From: an uncultured virus (IMG/VR IMGVR_UViG_3300032291_001634) | Taxonomy: Duplodnaviria; Heunggongvirae; Uroviricota; Caudoviricetes | Strand: one strand, 5' to 3' | IMG/VR virus record: IMGVR_UViG_3300032291_001634 | Length of the DNA stretch: 64,000 nt | In this document: positions 1 to 8,498 of the stretch, one piece after another | Layout: each line of letters begins with the position of its first letter | Numbering within the stretch: the stretch's first letter is position 1 | The notes under the pieces: model-generated | Told to the model about the DNA's origin: nothing | The model's input: only the letters and a program-made list of their open reading frames with translations | The model's database searches: none | Position numbers and translations under genes: made by a program

Positions 1-951
1 ACACAAGCCACACCACAGCCAGTGGTGCAACAGCAGGTAGCAACCCCGTTGCCTGTTCAACCCGAGATGTCTAAGGAGACACCTATGGAATACTCACAAC
101 CCTTACCAGCATCAAGCAATAGCCACAGCGTATTGCTTGTGCCAGAAGTCAAGCCACACTTTACAAGGACATTTGATGAACTTGACGAGTTAGTTATCCT
201 TGACTCAGCACGAGCAAGAAAAAAGACTGTGCTTATTACAGGTCCTGCTGGTACAGGTAAGACTAGTTGTGCTTACAACTATGCCGCAGTCAACAAACTA
301 CCATTCGTAGTTATTGAAGGCACACGACAGATTGACGAGACCAAAGTTCACGGTCGCTTCATTCCTACTGGTGTTGGTAACAGCACTGCGTGGAAGTATA
401 GTCAATTCGTTACTGCTATCCAGCAACCGTCAGTAATCCTTATCAACGAGTTGAGTCGTATGCCTGCCAAGGCAGCCGATTTGTTCCTCCGTGTTCTCAA
501 TGAGCGAGAGCTAATCATTGACCAACTCAATGAAGTTATCAAGGTTCACCCTGAGTGTCTATTCATTGTAGACCAGAACACAGGTACTGGCTATGCTGTT
601 ACAGCACAGGACAAGGCATTGCTTGACAGAATGCAACCTAAGATGGAGTTTGATTATGACATCAAGCTTGAGTCTAAGTTCATCAAGTCCGAGTCATTGC
701 TGTTGTTTGCACAGTCTATTCGTGAAGCAGCGACTATGACTGACCAGTTCACAACACCTATGTCGCCTCGTATCCTACTTGACTTCGTAGAGAATGCTAA
801 GCACCTCAATCTAGCATTCGCTGTGCGTTCATTGCTCAACAACTTCCCTAAGGATGATGGTGAGCGTGAAGCAGTCAAGATGACTCTAGACTCCAACATT
901 GATGCTATTGCGTCAGAGTTGGGTGTAGACCTAGGCACTTACTCAGCCTAG
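1..951 (+). CDS. MoxR/CbbQ/CobS-type AAA+ ATPase (probably 5'-truncated by the window edge)
   Basis: Walker A GPAGTGKT, Walker B-like VILINE, ALLDR arginine-finger region; frame is open back to base 1. Confidence 0.9.
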   Translation, partial: TQATPQPVVQQQVATPLPVQPEMSKETPMEYSQPLPASSNSHSVLLVPEVKPHFTRTFDELDELVILDSARARKKTVLITGPAGTGKTSCAYNYAAVNKLPFVVIEGTRQIDETKVHGRFIPTGVGNSTAWKYSQFVTAIQQPSVILINELSRMPAKAADLFLRVLNERELIIDQLNEVIKVHPECLFIVDQNTGTGYAVTAQDKALLDRMQPKMEFDYDIKLESKFIKSESLLLFAQSIREAATMTDQFTTPMSPRILLDFVENAKHLNLAFAVRSLLNNFPKDDGEREAVKMTLDSNIDAIASELGVDLGTYSA

Positions 952-961
952 TCCCTCAAGT

Positions 962-1032
962 CTTATGTAGCACAGTCGCGTTGGCTAGTCGGGGAGCCGA
1001 CACAAACATCTAGCGTGGCTGTGCTACATAAG
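962..1032 (+). promoter_or_regulatory. Long intergenic RNA stem-loop (about 23 bp stem with G-U pairs plus an inner hairpin)
   Basis: CTTATGTAGCACAG pairs perfectly with CTGTGCTACATAAG, extended by wobble pairs; inner GTCGG-GGAG-CCGAC; no U-tract follows. Confidence 0.7.
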
Positions 1033-1058
1033 CACCAATACAATACAAGGAGAAACAA

Positions 1059-2987
1059 ATGGAAATGATTCCTAATGGTTACAATCCCCTTGAACTTGAT
1101 AGCGATAGATATATTGCTATCAATACCGATATTGAAGACCTGAATGCTGAGCGTGCTGAGCGTATGACACGAGTTGTGTCTAAGTTCGCCAGTGCTATTA
1201 CATCTCGGGTTGTCAATGTGTCTGTAGTAGATGGTAGGCAAGTCAACTTGCCTAGTTCAGAAACTACAGCGTGGTCAGATGCTGAAAACATCTGGTTCAA
1301 TAAGGACAAGTTAGGTGACCTAAATGACCCCGACATTGCTTTAGCAATCAAGGGTGTCAGTCTTCACGAACTAGGTCACATACAACTAACACCTCGTGCT
1401 GGTAGCAACCTAGTCAAGTGGGTTCGCGGCAATGACTTCGAGCGAGCATTCAATGTGCTTGAAGACCAACGCACCGAGTTGTTCCTATCTACTAAGTACA
1501 GTAACGTAAAGCACTGGTTCACAGCAGCAGTTACTAAGTTCCTTATAGATAATCCACAAGCAATACCTAATGCGTTCCCACTCATACACGGTAGGTCATT
1601 CTTACCAGCAGAGTTGCGTAACGCAGTCCGTAGTGTGTATGCCAATCAATCTGTAGTCAGTCAGTTAGCTAGTATCATTGACAGATACACAGTACTCAAT
1701 CTATCCGACAGTGTTAGTATCCCTATAGCACAGCAGTTGATTAGAGAGTTCCACGAGTTGATTGCTTCACAAGGTCAAGGTTGGTCAGACGTACCTAACC
1801 CAGACAAGCACGGCAGTGGCGCAATTATGAAGTCATCAGAGAAGTCCAAGCCTATGAATAAAGCAGGTCAAGACCGTATCATTGACAAGATAAACAAAGA
1901 GCGTGGCAGTCAGCAGTCTGAGTCTGGTGGTGACGAAGAAGGTGAAGAGTATGACATTGGCAACGAGCCTAGTGATGAGCCTGGTCAAGATGGTGAGTCT
2001 GGTGATGGTCCTAGTGACCCTAGCAAGCAACCACCTAAACCTGGTGATGACCCTGGCTCTAACGCAGGTGAAGGTGACGTTAGTAATACTAACAACGTTA
2101 CACATATAGCACAGAAGCACCTCAACAATACTAAGCAAGTGTTGCGTGAAGACTTACAAGATATGGTAGCCCAGTTCAATGGTGAGTCATCTCTTACTAG
2201 TAAGCACCAGAAGACACCAGAGCGTAGTTATCGTGAGCGTGAAGTGCCTGTAGCCCCTGAAGTTATACAACAAGTCAAGTCATTTACTAATCAACTAGAA
2301 CTCATACGTGCTGAGCACGACCCAGGTTGGAAGCGTAGGGTCAGTGCTGGTAAGTTGAATGTCTATCGTTATATGACTGGTGCTGAGCCTGATGAAGTGT
2401 TTGACTTGTGGGACGAAGGTCGTGAAGATGTTGTAGACATTGAGACCGTTGTCTTGCTAGATAACTCAGGCTCTATGGGTTGGACCATTGACTCAGCACA
2501 CGATTCTATGTGGGCTATCAAGCGTTCAATGGATAAGATAGGTGCGTCTACTACAGTAGTTACATTTGCTGATGATGCTCGTATCCTTTACAGTTCCAAT
2601 CAGAAGGCTAAGGTTACTAAAGCGTATGTCGGCACTGCTGGTGGTACTAACCCTAAGCAAGCTATTGACTATGCTAAGTATATCTTTGCTAACAGTGAGC
2701 GTGCCATCAAGATACTTATTGTCATCACTGACGGTGATTGGTGGAACTCAGCCGAGCAAGATAGAATCATCAGTCAGATGCGTAGGGCTGGTGTTATTAC
2801 AGCCTTAGGTTATATTGACCCTCGTGGTTCACTAGACCCTGAGACACGTGCTAAGTATCACTCAGAGAAGCAGACAGTCAACGGTCACGGTGCCGAGATT
2901 GTTGTAGCCCTTGAGAATGGTAACTCACTACTACAACTAGCCAAGGCTCTAGTCAAGTCTGGTATCAAACGTAACCTCAACAAGTAA
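1059..2987 (+). CDS. vWA-domain protein with N-terminal HExxH metallopeptidase-like domain (CobT-like MoxR partner)
   Basis: HELGH and NVLED motifs, acidic/Gly linker, MIDAS DNSGSM, GGT, ITDG; directly follows the AAA ATPase. Confidence 0.9.
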   Translation: MEMIPNGYNPLELDSDRYIAINTDIEDLNAERAERMTRVVSKFASAITSRVVNVSVVDGRQVNLPSSETTAWSDAENIWFNKDKLGDLNDPDIALAIKGVSLHELGHIQLTPRAGSNLVKWVRGNDFERAFNVLEDQRTELFLSTKYSNVKHWFTAAVTKFLIDNPQAIPNAFPLIHGRSFLPAELRNAVRSVYANQSVVSQLASIIDRYTVLNLSDSVSIPIAQQLIREFHELIASQGQGWSDVPNPDKHGSGAIMKSSEKSKPMNKAGQDRIIDKINKERGSQQSESGGDEEGEEYDIGNEPSDEPGQDGESGDGPSDPSKQPPKPGDDPGSNAGEGDVSNTNNVTHIAQKHLNNTKQVLREDLQDMVAQFNGESSLTSKHQKTPERSYREREVPVAPEVIQQVKSFTNQLELIRAEHDPGWKRRVSAGKLNVYRYMTGAEPDEVFDLWDEGREDVVDIETVVLLDNSGSMGWTIDSAHDSMWAIKRSMDKIGASTTVVTFADDARILYSSNQKAKVTKAYVGTAGGTNPKQAIDYAKYIFANSERAIKILIVITDGDWWNSAEQDRIISQMRRAGVITALGYIDPRGSLDPETRAKYHSEKQTVNGHGAEIVVALENGNSLLQLAKALVKSGIKRNLNK

Positions 2988-2999
2988 GGAGAATAACTA

Positions 3000-3749
3000 A
3001 TGGGTTATTGGATTAGTCATTACATAAGAGCAACAGGTAATAAAGAAGACATAGATGCTTATGTTTCTAAACTTACCCAACGTCGCCCTAAGAAATTAAA
3101 TGATGAAGGAGATATAGTATGGTCTGAAGAAGAGTTCTCATTCTATAATATAACTCCTCCTCCAGAAGAAATGATTCAGTCTGGAGAGTGGTGGGATAAA
3201 GAAGGTGAGTTCTGGAGAGCACAGAACTGGGAATGCTATGATGCACCTGCTGAAGAAGTAGATAACTTCAATGTGGGTAGTGGTAGCGTTTGTAGTATAC
3301 GAATGAGTACTAAGTATGAATGGCCTATAAAAGTATTCCACGAATTAATCAAGGAATACCCCGAGTTAGAGTTCAACATATGGTCTGAAGGTGAAGAGTC
3401 TGAAGCAGTTGAACTGGTAGGTGTAAGTGGTGTCGTAACACAGACAAACTATGAAGCCCCTAACTCTCACGCTGATTGGGACGCAAGAGATAACTTAGAT
3501 AGTTGTTGGTGTAATAACTATGAGAATGAAGATGACTGGTATGAAGATTGCCCTAGAGAAACTCTTCAAGTTTACAAAGTAGTAGTAACACATACTCACT
3601 ATGTCAAGGCAACTTCTAGTGAGTTGGCTTCACTTGCAGTAATATCATACGACAACAACTTTGATATGCCAAGTAATACAGAGATGGTTAAGTACAGTAT
3701 AGTACCCAACATGCTTGCTGAACCAGTAGGAGAAGAGGAGGTGAAATAA
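3000..3749 (+). CDS. DUF1281/YubB ferredoxin-like domain protein
   Basis: FSFYNITPPP, WRAQNW, TKYEWP..VFHELIKEYPELEF pattern; SD AAGGAG. Confidence 0.6.
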   Translation: MGYWISHYIRATGNKEDIDAYVSKLTQRRPKKLNDEGDIVWSEEEFSFYNITPPPEEMIQSGEWWDKEGEFWRAQNWECYDAPAEEVDNFNVGSGSVCSIRMSTKYEWPIKVFHELIKEYPELEFNIWSEGEESEAVELVGVSGVVTQTNYEAPNSHADWDARDNLDSCWCNNYENEDDWYEDCPRETLQVYKVVVTHTHYVKATSSELASLAVISYDNNFDMPSNTEMVKYSIVPNMLAEPVGEEEVK

Positions 3750-3941
3750 ATGATAGATGATGAGAAAGAAGCACTGGCTGTTGTACGTGCGTTACTTACA
3801 GCACGAACAATATACACCAAGATGATTTCTGAAGCTTCAGATGTTCTTGATAAAGAAGACATTGACAGGGCAAAGGAAGACATTGAAACAATCACCAAAG
3901 TAGTTGTCAAACTATTGGGTCAAGACCCAGACGTACAGTAA
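3750..3941 (+). CDS. hypothetical protein
   Basis: SD GGAGGTG; abuts upstream stop. Confidence 0.75.
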   Translation: MIDDEKEALAVVRALLTARTIYTKMISEASDVLDKEDIDRAKEDIETITKVVVKLLGQDPDVQ

Positions 3942-3950
3942 TATAAACAC

Positions 3951-3985
3951 GGGCTGGCCTAGTCAGTAGTGGGCTAGGCCAGCCC
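3951..3985 (+). promoter_or_regulatory. GC-rich hairpin (terminator without U-tract or processing/stability site)
   Basis: GGGCTGGCCTAG...CTAGGCCAGCCC perfect 12 bp inverted repeat, intergenic. Confidence 0.6.
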
Positions 3986-4011
3986 AACACAAACAAACTA
4001 AGGAGCATCAA

Positions 4012-4377
4012 ATGGAAAAAGTATTAACTATTACTACAGACAACGCAGTTGAAGTTAGAGAAGTACCTAGCGTTGAATATGAAACACTATACGAAGCAGT
4101 CAATGGCTTAGTTGAATTAGTAACTATCAACGAAGATATTGATATGTGGCTCAATGAAGACGGTAAAGTAAACGGACTTGAGCCTAACGTACTAGCCACC
4201 CTGTTGTTTAATAAAGTATTCCCTAATAAAGATATTATTATGGGCGACATTATTATTACAGGTGGAGCAGATGACGAAGGTAATACAGTAGGGCTATCAG
4301 ATGCATCAATCATAGATATCTTTGCTATGCTACAAGACGCCATCGACCAAGCAGTAAACTACGCAGACAATGACTGA
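4012..4377 (+). CDS. DUF3846-like protein
   Basis: LYEAVNGLVELV, MWLNEDGK..GLEPN.LAT, IMGDIIITG pattern. Confidence 0.75.
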   Translation: MEKVLTITTDNAVEVREVPSVEYETLYEAVNGLVELVTINEDIDMWLNEDGKVNGLEPNVLATLLFNKVFPNKDIIMGDIIITGGADDEGNTVGLSDASIIDIFAMLQDAIDQAVNYADND

Positions 4378-4534
4378 TGTAGATACAACAAGGATATGTG
4401 GTTACTGCCATACAGATAACCACGAAAAGTGTCGTCCAGTAATCCGCTGGTACGATAAAGAATGGTATTGCTATTGTGAATGCCAAAGTAAAGAAGGAGA
4501 AACAAATGACAGTATTATATTGCCCGAGCTGTGA
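4370..4534 (+). CDS. small Cys/His-rich protein (54 aa, not in ORF track)
   Basis: MTDVDTTRICGYCHTDNHEKC...WYCYCEC; overlaps upstream stop. Confidence 0.6.
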   Translation: MTDVDTTRICGYCHTDNHEKCRPVIRWYDKEWYCYCECQSKEGETNDSIILPEL

Positions 4535-4640
4535 TGAGCCTACAACTCAAATAGCATTGGATAAGTATGAAATGTGCTACAACTGCGAAAAGCAAATGTG
4601 TCCAGAATGTGGCCAAGTCTTTTGTGACCACGACCAGTAA
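4506..4640 (+). CDS. small multi-CxxC protein (44 aa, not in ORF track)
   Basis: SD AAGGAG; MTVLYCPSC...CYNC...CPECGQVFCDH. Confidence 0.7.
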   Translation: MTVLYCPSCDEPTTQIALDKYEMCYNCEKQMCPECGQVFCDHDQ

Positions 4641-4650
4641 GGAGAACCAA

Positions 4651-4791
4651 ATGGAAGATGAGTATATGGAGCCAACCACTTGTGATTGGTGTGCAGTAAA
4701 GTATGAGTTATCCGAAGGAACAATAGTTATGGGCGATAACCTATGCCCTAACTGTACATCTATATATGAAGAAGAAAGAGATGTGTACTAA
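4651..4791 (+). CDS. small zinc-ribbon protein (46 aa)
   Basis: SD TAAGGAG; CDWC...CPNC. Confidence 0.7.
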   Translation: MEDEYMEPTTCDWCAVKYELSEGTIVMGDNLCPNCTSIYEEERDVY

Positions 4792-4925
4792 TGAAGTGCG
4801 AACATGACTTAGTACACATCTATGAAAAGCATGAGTGCGATGGATGTTGTGCTCAATATATATTAGTTAATAAAATAACTAAAGCCGAAAAAGAATGGTT
4901 AGACCTACATAAGGAGGAACAATGA
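4791..4925 (+). CDS. small Cys/His protein (44 aa, not in ORF track)
   Basis: TAATG coupling; MKCEH...HECDGCC. Confidence 0.6.
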   Translation: MKCEHDLVHIYEKHECDGCCAQYILVNKITKAEKEWLDLHKEEQ

Positions 4926-5140
4926 AGAAATATTACGTAACTATTCAAGTCAACTACTCAGGAGAACTTGAAGCAAACAGCGAAAAAGAAGCCGAGCAAC
5001 TTGCTTGGGTGTCTTACTACGACCACGATGCTCCATTACAATACGAAAGTGTTGAGGAGATTAAAGTTGAAGAACTGCCACACTGTGAAGAGTGTGACAA
5101 CCCTGATGATGAATGTGAATGTGAAGAGGATGAAGAATGA
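4922..5140 (+). CDS. hypothetical protein, EAxSxxEA motif family with Cys-rich acidic tail
   Basis: SD AAGGAGG, ATGA overlap. Confidence 0.75.
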   Translation: MKKYYVTIQVNYSGELEANSEKEAEQLAWVSYYDHDAPLQYESVEEIKVEELPHCEECDNPDDECECEEDEE

Positions 5141-5226
5141 GACTTTATTTAATTAAGTTACTTAGTCATATCATAATGGGGCTATCAACATTGCAAGGAT
5201 TACTTATTACGAAAGGAAACAAATGA
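5137..5226 (+). CDS. 29 aa hydrophobic peptide
   Basis: ATGA overlaps at both ends and fills the gap exactly. Confidence 0.45.
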   Translation: MRLYLIKLLSHIIMGLSTLQGLLITKGNK

Positions 5227-5408
5227 ATGTAGTAAAAGCAAAACTACTAGTGGTAAGACGTCACTGGTACCACAAAGGCCAACAGGCCGAGCAAGCAAGA
5301 ATTGTTGAACTACTTAACAATATTGCTTGGACATCAATAACAAAGACAGATGATGACTCTCGTATGGTAAGTACTAGGGACCTCGTCAAACTAATAGAAG
5401 GAGCATAA
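5223..5408 (+). CDS. hypothetical protein (GxxxExxRIxxxL motif)
   Basis: SD AAGGA; operon context. Confidence 0.7.
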   Translation: MNVVKAKLLVVRRHWYHKGQQAEQARIVELLNNIAWTSITKTDDDSRMVSTRDLVKLIEGA

Positions 5409-5409
5409 A

Positions 5410-5598
5410 ATGGCAACATATAAAGTACAACAAGCAGGAGTAACATACTATGAAACTACTGTTGAAGCAAGTAATGAAGATGAAGCATTAGAACTAGGCA
5501 TGGCTGAGCTTATGAATGGCGGAGGCTATGAAGTTAATGGTTCATTTGAATGGCAAGATGACACTTGGGTAGAAGAACAAGAAGAAGAGGAAGAATAA
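5410..5598 (+). CDS. hypothetical acidic protein, EAxxxxEA motif family
   Basis: SD AAGGAG; VEASNEDEALEL. Confidence 0.75.
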   Translation: MATYKVQQAGVTYYETTVEASNEDEALELGMAELMNGGGYEVNGSFEWQDDTWVEEQEEEEE

Positions 5599-5599
5599 T

Positions 5600-5818
5600 A
5601 TGGCTAAATATCGTATCGGTATTGTATTTGAGTACGAAACAGATAGCAATGGATATTTTGATTGGGAAGATGAGTATGAGATTGAAGAAGAGGACAAAGA
5701 TGAAGACTTTGAACCTCGTAGTCAATCAAAATTACTTGAGTTACTCAAAGGAGAGTTCCTAGAAGTTATAGAACAACAAGATGTAAGTGACATGGTAACC
5801 ATTGAGGAGGTGAAATAA
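5600..5818 (+). CDS. hypothetical acidic protein
   Basis: operon spacing, SD GAGG. Confidence 0.7.
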   Translation: MAKYRIGIVFEYETDSNGYFDWEDEYEIEEEDKDEDFEPRSQSKLLELLKGEFLEVIEQQDVSDMVTIEEVK

Positions 5819-6006
5819 TGGCACAAAAATATGTAAAGCACTTAACACTAGAAGAATTAGCTGACCGTTTAGCTGAAGAACTAGTAGCAACTCACAATGA
5901 CACAGGTATTGACCTAGGTTATTGGGAGACAGCACTAGAAATCGTAGAGCGTTTCTACGAGGTTGAAGTAAAGGTAATCATTAAAAACAAAAGGAGCAAT
6001 AAATGA
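5818..6006 (+). CDS. hypothetical protein
   Basis: SD GGAGGTG, TAATG coupling. Confidence 0.75.
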   Translation: MAQKYVKHLTLEELADRLAEELVATHNDTGIDLGYWETALEIVERFYEVEVKVIIKNKRSNK

Positions 6007-6461
6007 TACAAACAATAATCAGTATGCTACCAGTAGCGTACGTAGCAGCAACAGCAATACCACTAGTAGCAATTGATATTAAACAGCACCGACTTCCTAA
6101 CAAGATTGTCTTGCCAATGATTGCGCTAACACTACTAACACAACTAACACTAGCCATATGGACAGGAGCCTGGGCGTCCCTAGGTATATCTGTAGGGTTA
6201 GGGTTTGCAGTAATGGTACTAGGTGTAGTAGCAAACTACTATGACTGGGTTGGTATGGGAGACGTAAAACTAATGACTGGATTAACTATGATGCTTAGTT
6301 GGTTTACAGTACTGGGAGCAGTATTACTTACTCCTATATCAATGGGATTAGGAATTCTAGTAATAGTATCAACCCTGTTGTTTACAAGGCCTAAGAAAAT
6401 TCCATTAGGGCCAGCAATTCTAGCAACATTCATAGCAACACTAACAATCACACTAATATAA
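6003..6461 (+). CDS. prepilin peptidase, family A24 (TadV/CpaA-like, no methylase domain)
   Basis: about 5 TM segments; AIDIKQHRLPN (Asp1), GMGDVKL (GxGD Asp2), C-terminal IPLGP. Confidence 0.88.
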   Translation: MIQTIISMLPVAYVAATAIPLVAIDIKQHRLPNKIVLPMIALTLLTQLTLAIWTGAWASLGISVGLGFAVMVLGVVANYYDWVGMGDVKLMTGLTMMLSWFTVLGAVLLTPISMGLGILVIVSTLLFTRPKKIPLGPAILATFIATLTITLI

Positions 6462-6471
6462 GGAAAAACAA

Positions 6472-6654
6472 ATGAGTAAAACAATATGGAGAATATACGT
6501 AGACTATGGCTCAGGCTATGGGTGGGTACCAGTTAACTGGGCACCTACATTTGCTACACAAGAAGAAGCAAACGAATGGATAAATGGTGACCACGATTGG
6601 GAATCACCAGTAACAGCACACGAAGAGGAAGTTGAAGAAGATGAAGACGACTAG
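6472..6654 (+). CDS. hypothetical protein, WAPTF paralog 1
   Basis: SD AAGGA; GWVPVNWAPTFATQEEANEWIN. Confidence 0.75.
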   Translation: MSKTIWRIYVDYGSGYGWVPVNWAPTFATQEEANEWINGDHDWESPVTAHEEEVEEDEDD

Positions 6655-6823
6655 ATATATGATACAAGAAAGGCATCCAGGTGAAGGATGGCAACCTGCT
6701 TACTGGGCACCAACGTTTGATACTGAACAAGAAGCACTAGACTGGATTAATGACCCAGAGAAGACGTGGGAAACACACGCTTCAGTACTTGAAATGCAAA
6801 TAGAATATAAGGAAGATAACTAA
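6641..6823 (+). CDS. hypothetical protein, WAPTF paralog 2
   Basis: GWQPAYWAPTFDTEQEALDWIN, similar to the upstream gene. Confidence 0.75.
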   Translation: MKTTRYMIQERHPGEGWQPAYWAPTFDTEQEALDWINDPEKTWETHASVLEMQIEYKEDN

Positions 6824-6945
6824 TGGATTGGAAAAACTTATTCCTTGACCTGTTAAATGAAGTAGAGCAAATACCTCACCCTATGGCAGAAGAAATCTGG
6901 GCTGACTTTACTGAACAAGCACACGAAGAAAAGGAAGATAACTAA
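6823..6945 (+). CDS. hypothetical 40 aa protein (not in ORF track)
   Basis: TAATG coupling at both ends, SD AAGGA. Confidence 0.65.
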   Translation: MDWKNLFLDLLNEVEQIPHPMAEEIWADFTEQAHEEKEDN

Positions 6946-7187
6946 TGGAACACGAACACGAGCATGGAGATGAATCAGTATGGGAGCACGCTTGGGAAAT
7001 ATTTACAGACCCAGCACACGTTCTAGCTGAACTAGGATGGACAATTATTCAAGATGTATTAATTATTGGATTACTTTACGGAATTGTATTCAAGAAAGTA
7101 ATCCTACCTAAGCTTCGTAAGGATATACACGAAGAAATCGATGCTGAACATGGCATTACACACACAAAGAAAAGGAAAAAGAAATGA
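6945..7187 (+). CDS. single-pass membrane protein with His-rich termini
   Basis: MEHEHEHG, hydrophobic VLIIGLLYGIVF, IDAEHG. Confidence 0.75.
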   Translation: MEHEHEHGDESVWEHAWEIFTDPAHVLAELGWTIIQDVLIIGLLYGIVFKKVILPKLRKDIHEEIDAEHGITHTKKRKKK

Positions 7188-7387
7188 GTACAAGAAAAGC
7201 AATGGAAACATTACTCATCGATAAAGAAAACTTTGAGTCTTATATCGATGACACACTAGCCCACAAGTTAACTGATGCAGAGTGGGAAGATATCTGTGAT
7301 GCTCTAGACGACAGCGTTGCTGAGTATCTTGATATGGAACTATGGCACATAGTAAATGATTACAAGTCACAGAAAGGAATAGAGTAA
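7184..7387 (+). CDS. hypothetical protein
   Basis: ATGA overlap. Confidence 0.7.
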   Translation: MSTRKAMETLLIDKENFESYIDDTLAHKLTDAEWEDICDALDDSVAEYLDMELWHIVNDYKSQKGIE

Positions 7388-7578
7388 TGGAAACAAACGA
7401 CGGTACAACCCGTAGTGGTGATTACCACTTAGGAGCACAACACGAGCAAGACAGAATCATTGAGTACTTAATCAGTAAGAATGTCTTGCGTCCAGCTATG
7501 TTCTATGAAGGATGGGTAGCAATGGATGTCGATGGCGATAAAGGCATTGACTTAGATATTAAGTTAGGAGGAATGTAA
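7387..7578 (+). CDS. hypothetical protein (GxxxExxRIxxxL motif)
   Basis: TAATG coupling; HLGAQHEQDRIIEYL. Confidence 0.7.
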   Translation: METNDGTTRSGDYHLGAQHEQDRIIEYLISKNVLRPAMFYEGWVAMDVDGDKGIDLDIKLGGM

Positions 7579-7754
7579 TGAGTAAAATTAAACTATCAAT
7601 TGATACTGTAGACAGTATTGTTGACTACATAATGATGTTGGAGTCTAGAGTACCAGCTGAAAATATGTTCGACAAAACTAAAGACCAGTCAGAAGCACTT
7701 GCTGACATGTTAATCAAACTTGCAGATGCAAGATACGATGAAGAGGAGAACTAA
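7578..7754 (+). CDS. hypothetical 58 aa protein (not in ORF track)
   Basis: SD AGGAGG, TAATG at both ends. Confidence 0.7.
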   Translation: MSKIKLSIDTVDSIVDYIMMLESRVPAENMFDKTKDQSEALADMLIKLADARYDEEEN

Positions 7755-7951
7755 TGAGTTACGATATACCAGGATATGATAGTTGGAAACTAGCAACCCC
7801 TTGGGATGATGAAATCTCAATCACTGTCTCATTTGAATGTTGGAATTGTGAAGCAGACAATGATAGTGTAGAAGCAATTGTAGGAAAGCGTGACAGTGAA
7901 GCAATTGTTTTTTGTGAAGACTGTGACGCCGAAAACTCAGTAGATAGGTAA
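7754..7951 (+). CDS. zinc-ribbon protein
   Basis: GYDSWKLATP N-terminus; CWNC...CEDC. Confidence 0.75.
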   Translation: MSYDIPGYDSWKLATPWDDEISITVSFECWNCEADNDSVEAIVGKRDSEAIVFCEDCDAENSVDR

Positions 7952-8244
7952 TGACAATGGAGACAGAAACAACCGAGGCCATCGAGCCAACACAAACACC
8001 ACCAAGGATATGGGATTACGTATTCCATACCGAAACAAGCAATGGCTATTTATTAGTCAAGATTGATGCTAACTCTAAAGAGGAAGCTATCAAGATGGCT
8101 AAAGAAGAGTTTGATGAATGGGGTACAGACATCTGGACTCCAGACATGCCTGTTTATATAGGTAAGTTCTCTTATGAACTAAACAAAGATAGCACTGTTA
8201 CAACTGAACGTGGAGAAGTAGTAGACTTCTCTTCAATACAATAA
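7951..8244 (+). CDS. hypothetical protein, DANSKEEA motif family
   Basis: TAATG coupling. Confidence 0.7.
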   Translation: MTMETETTEAIEPTQTPPRIWDYVFHTETSNGYLLVKIDANSKEEAIKMAKEEFDEWGTDIWTPDMPVYIGKFSYELNKDSTVTTERGEVVDFSSIQ

Positions 8245-8255
8245 GGAGCAATACA

Positions 8256-8498
8256 ATGGAAAAAGAAACGCTAATTAATGACACAACAGACAGGCTACTA
8301 AACAAGGTGCGTGTACAACTAGAAGAGTCTTTTACTCTTGGTATGAAGTACAAGCGCCTGTCAGTAGTAGACAAGTTAGTTCCTATTCTTCGTGAGAACG
8401 AGTTTAGTGAAACAACCATTGCACTAATATTAAATGACATTGGCCTATTAGATGAGGAGACATATGCAGACGTTTTTGCCGATATCGACAACAGTTAA
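8256..8498 (+). CDS. hypothetical protein
   Basis: SD TAAGGAG. Confidence 0.7.
   Translation: MEKETLINDTTDRLLNKVRVQLEESFTLGMKYKRLSVVDKLVPILRENEFSETTIALILNDIGLLDEETYADVFADIDNS

Noticed and set aside
654..2808. Antisense and alternative-frame ORFs in the track (here and throughout the window)
   Set aside because: They overlap well-supported genes, lack RBS or motifs and look like codon-bias shadows
3942..4011. tRNA or other ncRNA gene in intergenic gaps
   Set aside because: Only a simple hairpin; no cloverleaf or T-loop context found here or in other gaps
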